Shown here: in pieces, positions 6,405 through 10,810 of the stretch
Layout of the letters: every line of letters begins with the position of its first letter
How positions within the stretch are numbered: the first letter of the stretch is position 1
NCBI GenBank assembly: GCA_013166835.1
Contig: JABLTI010000130.1
Coordinates: forward strand, 1-10,810
Reading direction: 5' to 3'
From: Promethearchaeati archaeon
Lineage (GTDB): Archaea > Asgardarchaeota > Heimdallarchaeia > JABLTI01
DNA length: 10,810 bases
Made by a program: the position numbers and the translations under genes
Notes under the pieces: generated by a model
What the model was told of the DNA's origin: nothing
Database searches by the model: none
The model's input: the letters and a program-made list of their open reading frames with translations, nothing else

Positions 6405-7163
6405 TTATTGATTTAATAATTCAATCATTTTACTTAGATTTGGATCATTGTTAATTAAACGTAAAGCATTCTTCTGATTTAGAGCTTCGATTTCTTCAGG
6501 AGTAGTTCCTTTAATTTTAGCAACCCTTTCCACTATTTCAGCAAAAACTACAGAGGGAACTCTGAATTCATCTCTCGGAAGAACATCTATCTCTAAAATT
6601 AACAAATCATCAGGAATCAGCTTAAGCTTTTCTTCACCATATCTTGGTCCAATAGAGTAGTAGTAACCTGCATCGTTAATGTCCTTCATAAGAGTGATAT
6701 CTCCTGAGTAGCCATGAAAAATTATTTTCTTTGCTTTGTAGCTCTTCACAATTTCGAAGCTTTCTCTTTCTTTTCCTCGGAAGTGACAATTCATAATCTT
6801 GTTATTCTTTTCCGCTTCTCTCAGATAGATCTCAAATAACGGTAATTGATGAGGTATGCAAGCTTCATCTTTAGCGTATTTTTCATCTAAGCCAATTTCT
6901 CCAAGCATAATAGCTTCTTTAGCTAGTTTTGTTATCTCATCAAACTGATCAACATATGTATGGGCATACCAGGGAAGAACGCCAAAAGAAGGAAACAAAT
7001 AGTCAGATTTTGCGCATCTCTCAAGTATTACTTCATACGTGGGTAGATCACATGATTGAACCCAGGTAACAATCTTATTTTTAGTTATATCATCAACAAC
7101 TAGATCTAATTTATCTGAATCAAAATATGGATCATGCAAATGCAAATGTGTATCAACAAACAT
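6405..7163 (-). CDS. tatD: TatD-family metal-dependent hydrolase/DNase (divergent)
   Basis: FVDTHLHL (HxH), LGEIGLD, NCHFR, IFHGYSG, LILEID, and a C-terminal 'VAKIKG...NALRL'. Confidence 0.88.
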   Translation of the reverse strand: MFVDTHLHLHDPYFDSDKLDLVVDDITKNKIVTWVQSCDLPTYEVILERCAKSDYLFPSFGVLPWYAHTYVDQFDEITKLAKEAIMLGEIGLDEKYAKDEACIPHQLPLFEIYLREAEKNNKIMNCHFRGKERESFEIVKSYKAKKIIFHGYSGDITLMKDINDAGYYYSIGPRYGEEKLKLIPDDLLILEIDVLPRDEFRVPSVVFAEIVERVAKIKGTTPEEIEALNQKNALRLINNDPNLSKMIELLNQ

Positions 7164-7196
7164 TTTCTTTTTATCCTCTGTTTTTTTAATTTTTTT

Positions 7197-7493
7197 TTAC
7201 TCAATCTTATGTGAAACCTTATCCACGATTTTCCAATCACTGCCGATTTTAATTAGATTATGAAAATCATAGTACCAGTTATTGTAATTTAGTTTTACAG
7301 AAGCAATTTTCCCTTCAACCTCAATAGATAGAATTTCAATGGTTGTCTTCTTGTAGTACGTTTGCTTTTCACTTAGGAAGAGTCGAGCATCAGGATGAAC
7401 AACAGAAATCATAGTGTCATAATCTAGTCGTCTTGATCCTTCGATATAAATTTCCATAGTCTTCTTTACATTATCATATTCAGTTTTTGGCAT
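7197..7493 (-). CDS. NTF2-like protein (putative lumazine-binding family)
   Basis: 'YIEGSRRLDYDTMISVVHPDARL', 'IEVEGKIASVKL...YYDFHNLIKIGSDWKIVDKV' match this family. ATG 7493 is preferred to the track's TTG 7508. Confidence 0.8.
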   Translation of the reverse strand: MPKTEYDNVKKTMEIYIEGSRRLDYDTMISVVHPDARLFLSEKQTYYKKTTIEILSIEVEGKIASVKLNYNNWYYDFHNLIKIGSDWKIVDKVSHKIE

Positions 7494-7560
7494 AGAATAA
7501 TTCCCCAAATAAGATTCTTACTAATAATAGTAATCTTCATTCAAAAACTAAAGCTTTTGA

Positions 7561-7803
7561 CTATGACAAATCATTGTAAGCTTTGAACAGCTTCAATGCA
7601 GTGCTTAAGAAATTAAATGCGGTAATATAGTCGTTGTGATCTAATCTCAGAGTTTCTTCTGCTTGTTTTCGTAGATTCACAGCTTCAATAGGCTCTTCAT
7701 ATCTATCCTTCAAAATCAAGTACTCTGTTAACGCTTCATAGAATTGAGAAGCAGTTTCTTGGTAATCAAGGTCTTGATTGTTCTTAATATCAAAGGAAGA
7801 CAT
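7561..7803 (-). CDS. Hypothetical small helical protein (80 aa)
   Basis: ATG start with upstream TGGAG and a BRE/TATA-like GAAAAG-TTTTTTATAT at 7881-7866. Amphipathic helical pattern. Confidence 0.65.
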   Translation of the reverse strand: MSSFDIKNNQDLDYQETASQFYEALTEYLILKDRYEEPIEAVNLRKQAEETLRLDHNDYITAFNFLSTALKLFKAYNDLS

Positions 7804-7865
7804 GAGTTCTCCACTTCATTTTGCTTTATTCTTTTGAATTGAATTATATTGGTAATATTCTAATG

Positions 7866-7881
7866 ATATAAAAAACTTTTC
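7866..7881 (-). promoter_or_regulatory. Putative BRE + TATA promoter for 7561..7803
   Basis: Minus strand GAAAAG-TTTTTTATAT about 65 nt upstream of the ATG. Confidence 0.45.
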
Positions 7882-7966
7882 TCATCACTTTGAGAAATAA
7901 TTCTGAAGAAAAGGTAAGGAATCATGGAAAGAAAGTCTTTTTAGAGTATTTAGCTTTCTGTTTCAT

Positions 7967-8578
7967 ATGAACCCATATAGCTGGATTAATTTTGCGTCAC
8001 TCATTCTATCCATGCTTCTCTTCACTATTTTTTATGGTATTAGTTTGATGCCTGCAACAAGAAGCGAGAAAATAGGAGAAAGAGCTTGGAAAGAAAGTAA
8101 AACTCTTCGAATTGTAGCTTCAGTTTTTGAATTTTTATTTACGATAAATATTGTTTTGTGGCACTGGTATCCAATACCAGAAATCGATTGGGAAATATTC
8201 TCCACTCATTGGTGGATAGGATTAATCATTTGCTCAGTTATCTTCATTCCCGGATTAATAATTGTGATTAAAGGCGTGTCGGATGCAGGGAGTGAAACCC
8301 TCACTCCTTCTGAGGAGAATAAAATGTACGGAGGAATCTACAAACACATCAGACATCCCCAAACTACTGGGGAAATGCCTATGTTTGTTGCACTTGCTTT
8401 TGCGATAAACTCTTGGTTTTTGGTTCTCTTTACACTTGTTTTCATTATCATCTATACTCCACTGATAATGTATTTTGAAGAAAAGGATCTTGTGAAGAAA
8501 TTCGGTGATGATTATCGTCAATATCAAAAAGAAACAGGGGCGTTCTTCCCACGACTAAGAAGATTAAAGGTAAAATAG
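7967..8578 (+). CDS. Isoprenylcysteine carboxyl methyltransferase / PEMT-family membrane methyltransferase
   Basis: Several TM segments, 'GGIYKHIRHPQ' and 'EEKDLVKKFGDDYRQYQKETGAFFP' family motifs. Confidence 0.88.
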   Translation: MNPYSWINFASLILSMLLFTIFYGISLMPATRSEKIGERAWKESKTLRIVASVFEFLFTINIVLWHWYPIPEIDWEIFSTHWWIGLIICSVIFIPGLIIVIKGVSDAGSETLTPSEENKMYGGIYKHIRHPQTTGEMPMFVALAFAINSWFLVLFTLVFIIIYTPLIMYFEEKDLVKKFGDDYRQYQKETGAFFPRLRRLKVK

Positions 8579-8587
8579 GCGAATATT

Positions 8588-9262
8588 GTGGTTGAAAAGG
8601 ATAAAGCAGATGAGCTTTTTGAGTTGGGTGTCACAGAGTACCGTAAGGGGAATCTCGAGAAAGCTTTAGGTTATTTTCAGGAAGTTGCTAACTTAGGATC
8701 AGATACTATTGGATTATGGTATAATATTGGAACTATTAATCGCAAACTCAAACAATATGGTGAGGCCATTCTAGCTTATCGCAAAGCACTGGAATCCAAA
8801 CCTGATTCCGAAGATATTTGGTATAATTTAGGGAGATGCTACTGGGAAACCAATCAGCTCGACATAGCAATCACTTGTTTTGAAGAAGTTGTTAAACTTA
8901 AACCAACAATGTTTGAAGCCTTATATCGCTTAGCAGCGTTGTATCAATCAACTCGCCAAACTGACAAAGCAATTTGGGCAAACGAGGAATTAGTAAAGAT
9001 TGAGCCCGAATCATTTGGTTCGCTAACGAATTTATGTGTGCTTTATATGAAGAAGAATGAGTTGGATAAAGCTCTTGACAATTGTCAGAAAGCAGATAGA
9101 ATTCTTCCCAATGATTTATTCGTTTTAGCGTTGATGGGTGAAATTTATCTCGAGCAAGGAAACAAAGAAAAAGCTGAGGAAAAGCTACTTGAGTGTTTGG
9201 CAGTTAATCCTGCTTATATAAAGGCTAAGGATTTACTAGCCCAACTTAAGAAGCCTAAATAG
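8588..9262 (+). CDS. Tetratricopeptide-repeat protein (about 6 TPRs)
   Basis: 34-aa periodic units (WYNIG...EAILAYRKALESKP; WYNLG...AITCFEEVVKLKP; and others). GTG start 9 nt after the previous stop. Confidence 0.92.
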   Translation: MVEKDKADELFELGVTEYRKGNLEKALGYFQEVANLGSDTIGLWYNIGTINRKLKQYGEAILAYRKALESKPDSEDIWYNLGRCYWETNQLDIAITCFEEVVKLKPTMFEALYRLAALYQSTRQTDKAIWANEELVKIEPESFGSLTNLCVLYMKKNELDKALDNCQKADRILPNDLFVLALMGEIYLEQGNKEKAEEKLLECLAVNPAYIKAKDLLAQLKKPK

Positions 9263-9286
9263 TATTTTTTAAGAAAAAAGAAGAAT

Positions 9287-9311
9287 ATGATAGAAATAGA
9301 TTTTCTATCAT
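9287..9311. terminator. Perfect 10-bp hairpin at a convergent gene junction; putative terminator
   Basis: ATGATAGAAA (9287-9296) / TAGAT / TTTCTATCAT (9302-9311). It overlaps the minus-strand stop codon and is followed on the minus strand by ATTCTTCTTTTTTCTT. Confidence 0.5.
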
Positions 9312-10162
9312 GGTTGTGTTGCTAAGCTTTTTGGATATTTCATTTGCAATATGAAGAAAGTACAAACTGCAAGTGCAATTGTTCCGAATAGTATTAGGAA
9401 GTTACCAATAATATATGGTGTGTGCAAATTATCTGTGAAATCAAAACCAATTTGACCAATTGTTCCAATGACCAATGTGAAAGCAATGATGTTTATGAAA
9501 AGTAGTGTTAGCAATGTAAGTGTTTTCTTGTTTATTCCAACGAAGAAGCTAATAATAAGTAGTATTGCTCCAAATAAGGCATAAATTAATTCCAGGTTAC
9601 GTGGTAGAAATGATATCCCCAAATTAGCAAAATTATCGAATGTTGTGTTTACTCTTATGGTAAACCAATGAATTGAACTAAAAATTCCTAGAGTCACTAA
9701 CCAGAGAATAATTACAAATTTCTCATATATAGCAAACTCTTCTTGCTTTGCAAATCTCATTCCAAAGATAACTAGCATTCCAATGGTAAAGAAGAATAAT
9801 ATCAACAATCCAATGAAGCTTAGATTTAGTGTTGCGAAATCAACTAAGATATTTCCAGTAGGGACAAGTAATTCTGATCTTGGTGCGAAAAAGTGTCCAA
9901 ACAGGAATAAGAACACATAACTTAAGCAAAGAATTATTGCGATATTTTTTATTAACGCTTGGAACTTTGGTAAGAACATCCAAAGTATCAATGCAATTAT
10001 AGCAAAAATTCCTATGAAATCTGCTACAACTACAAAGACATTATAGCTCGTTTTCTCCATTGAGTAGACTAACTCTTGTATTAGATAAAATAATACACCG
10101 GCTAATATAACAGCAAGGGAGATCTGAAAAGATATAGTTTTTTTATTTTTCTCTTCAAACAT
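9308..10162 (-). CDS. Hypothetical multi-pass membrane protein (about 8 TM)
   Basis: 284-aa ORF with repeated hydrophobic segments, upstream CTGGAG and a promoter-like CAAAAAA-TTATTAAC. Confidence 0.8.
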   Translation of the reverse strand: MFEEKNKKTISFQISLAVILAGVLFYLIQELVYSMEKTSYNVFVVVADFIGIFAIIALILWMFLPKFQALIKNIAIILCLSYVFLFLFGHFFAPRSELLVPTGNILVDFATLNLSFIGLLILFFFTIGMLVIFGMRFAKQEEFAIYEKFVIILWLVTLGIFSSIHWFTIRVNTTFDNFANLGISFLPRNLELIYALFGAILLIISFFVGINKKTLTLLTLLFINIIAFTLVIGTIGQIGFDFTDNLHTPYIIGNFLILFGTIALAVCTFFILQMKYPKSLATQP

Positions 10163-10210
10163 TTCAGAAAGAACTCCAGTTTCTTCTAAGGATACTGTGA
10201 AAGCTCTATC

Positions 10211-10225
10211 GTTAATAATTTTTTG
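10211..10225 (-). promoter_or_regulatory. Putative BRE + TATA promoter for 9308..10162
   Basis: Minus strand CAAAAAATTATTAAC about 50 nt upstream of the ATG. Confidence 0.4.
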
Positions 10226-10318
10226 TAGTAATTAATTCTGAGTAGAAAAGCAATTATCCATCTGAAAGAAAGAGTAGCATATAATTTAATAAAATTCAAA
10301 ATTCTATGTTCATTTGAG

Positions 10319-10810
10319 ATGTTAGATATAATTATTCGTCCCGGTATATTGAAAGACTACAAAGAAATAGCAGGAATTTTCATGGCATCTTTTATCAAAG
10401 AACCAATCGAACCTGAGAAACAAGAATTAATCAAGTTAAGATTTAAAAAAATCATCCAGAAGAAATTTACATCCTATTATCTTGCGATAGAAAACAAAGA
10501 GATAATAGGTCTTGGAGGAGAGACTTGTTTTGGAGGAGTTTCGTATATTGGATACATTGGAGTTCTTCCTACACATAGGAGACGAGGTATTGGAACATTT
10601 ATTTTTGAAAGGATTTTAGATGAAGCAGCTAAGAACAACCCATCTATTGATTTATTCTCAAATCTAGGAATCGAAAATCTTTATCGAAAATATGGTTTTG
10701 AAGATGAGTTTTATACTCATATACTTGAGTTACAAAAATTTGATACTGAAATACAATTGAGAGTTGATACTCTTGAGTCAAAAATTCCTTCGTGGATTTA
10801 TGAATTAGAT
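10319..10810 (+). CDS. GNAT-family N-acetyltransferase, first 164 aa (runs off the right edge; probably has a second domain)
   Basis: Not in the ORF track. Manual translation: MLDIIIRPGILKDYKEIAGIF...YIGYIGVLPTHRRRGIGTFIF...ENLYRKYGFE..., containing the acetyl-CoA-binding motif A (VxPxxRRRGIG) and LYxKxGF. The frame stays open to the window end. Confidence 0.9.
   Translation, partial: MLDIIIRPGILKDYKEIAGIFMASFIKEPIEPEKQELIKLRFKKIIQKKFTSYYLAIENKEIIGLGGETCFGGVSYIGYIGVLPTHRRRGIGTFIFERILDEAAKNNPSIDLFSNLGIENLYRKYGFEDEFYTHILELQKFDTEIQLRVDTLESKIPSWIYELD

Noticed and set aside
7511-7537. Bulged AT-rich hairpin upstream of the NTF2-like gene
   Set aside because: Weak A/T pairing that is not distinguishable from background.
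8255-8527. 90-aa minus-strand ORF
   Set aside because: Antisense to the well-supported methyltransferase gene.
1-10810. CRISPR array, tRNA/rRNA, transposase/integrase or defence operon
   Set aside because: No regularly spaced direct repeats, no cloverleaf or rRNA-like GC-rich tract, and no recognisable mobile or defence protein motifs on manual reading.

Overview
AT-rich (roughly 30% GC by eye), gene-dense prokaryotic window of mostly short, functionally unrelated genes on alternating strands. Purine-rich BRE + TATA promoter motifs, T-tract gene ends, a double-CxxC zinc-ribbon membrane protein and a sequon-rich surface beta-propeller point to an archaeon (Asgard/Heimdallarchaeia-like is a guess). 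Recognisable products: PLP-dependent class I/II aminotransferase (truncated, left edge), flavodoxin-fold protein, stand-alone 'sensor' membrane protein, HAD hydrolase, LVIVD-type propeller, TatD-family protein, NTF2-like protein, ICMT/PEMT-family methyltransferase, TPR protein and a GNAT acetyltransferase (truncated, right edge), plus several hypotheticals. I see no rRNA, tRNA, CRISPR array or mobile element. The most unusual stretch is the minus strand at ~980-1160: a BRE/TATA promoter, three tandem 7-codon micro-ORFs (MTRKILF, MVSKLIF, MIGRGIT) and several hairpins ending in a GC-rich perfect 10-bp stem, all upstream of a hypothetical gene. This could be an unannotated RNA or a leader-peptide/attenuator element, but it is unproven. 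Also notable: an in-frame signal-peptide-like extension lacking a canonical start codon in front of the propeller gene, and a Trp-rich ~65-aa internal duplication in the zinc-ribbon membrane protein.
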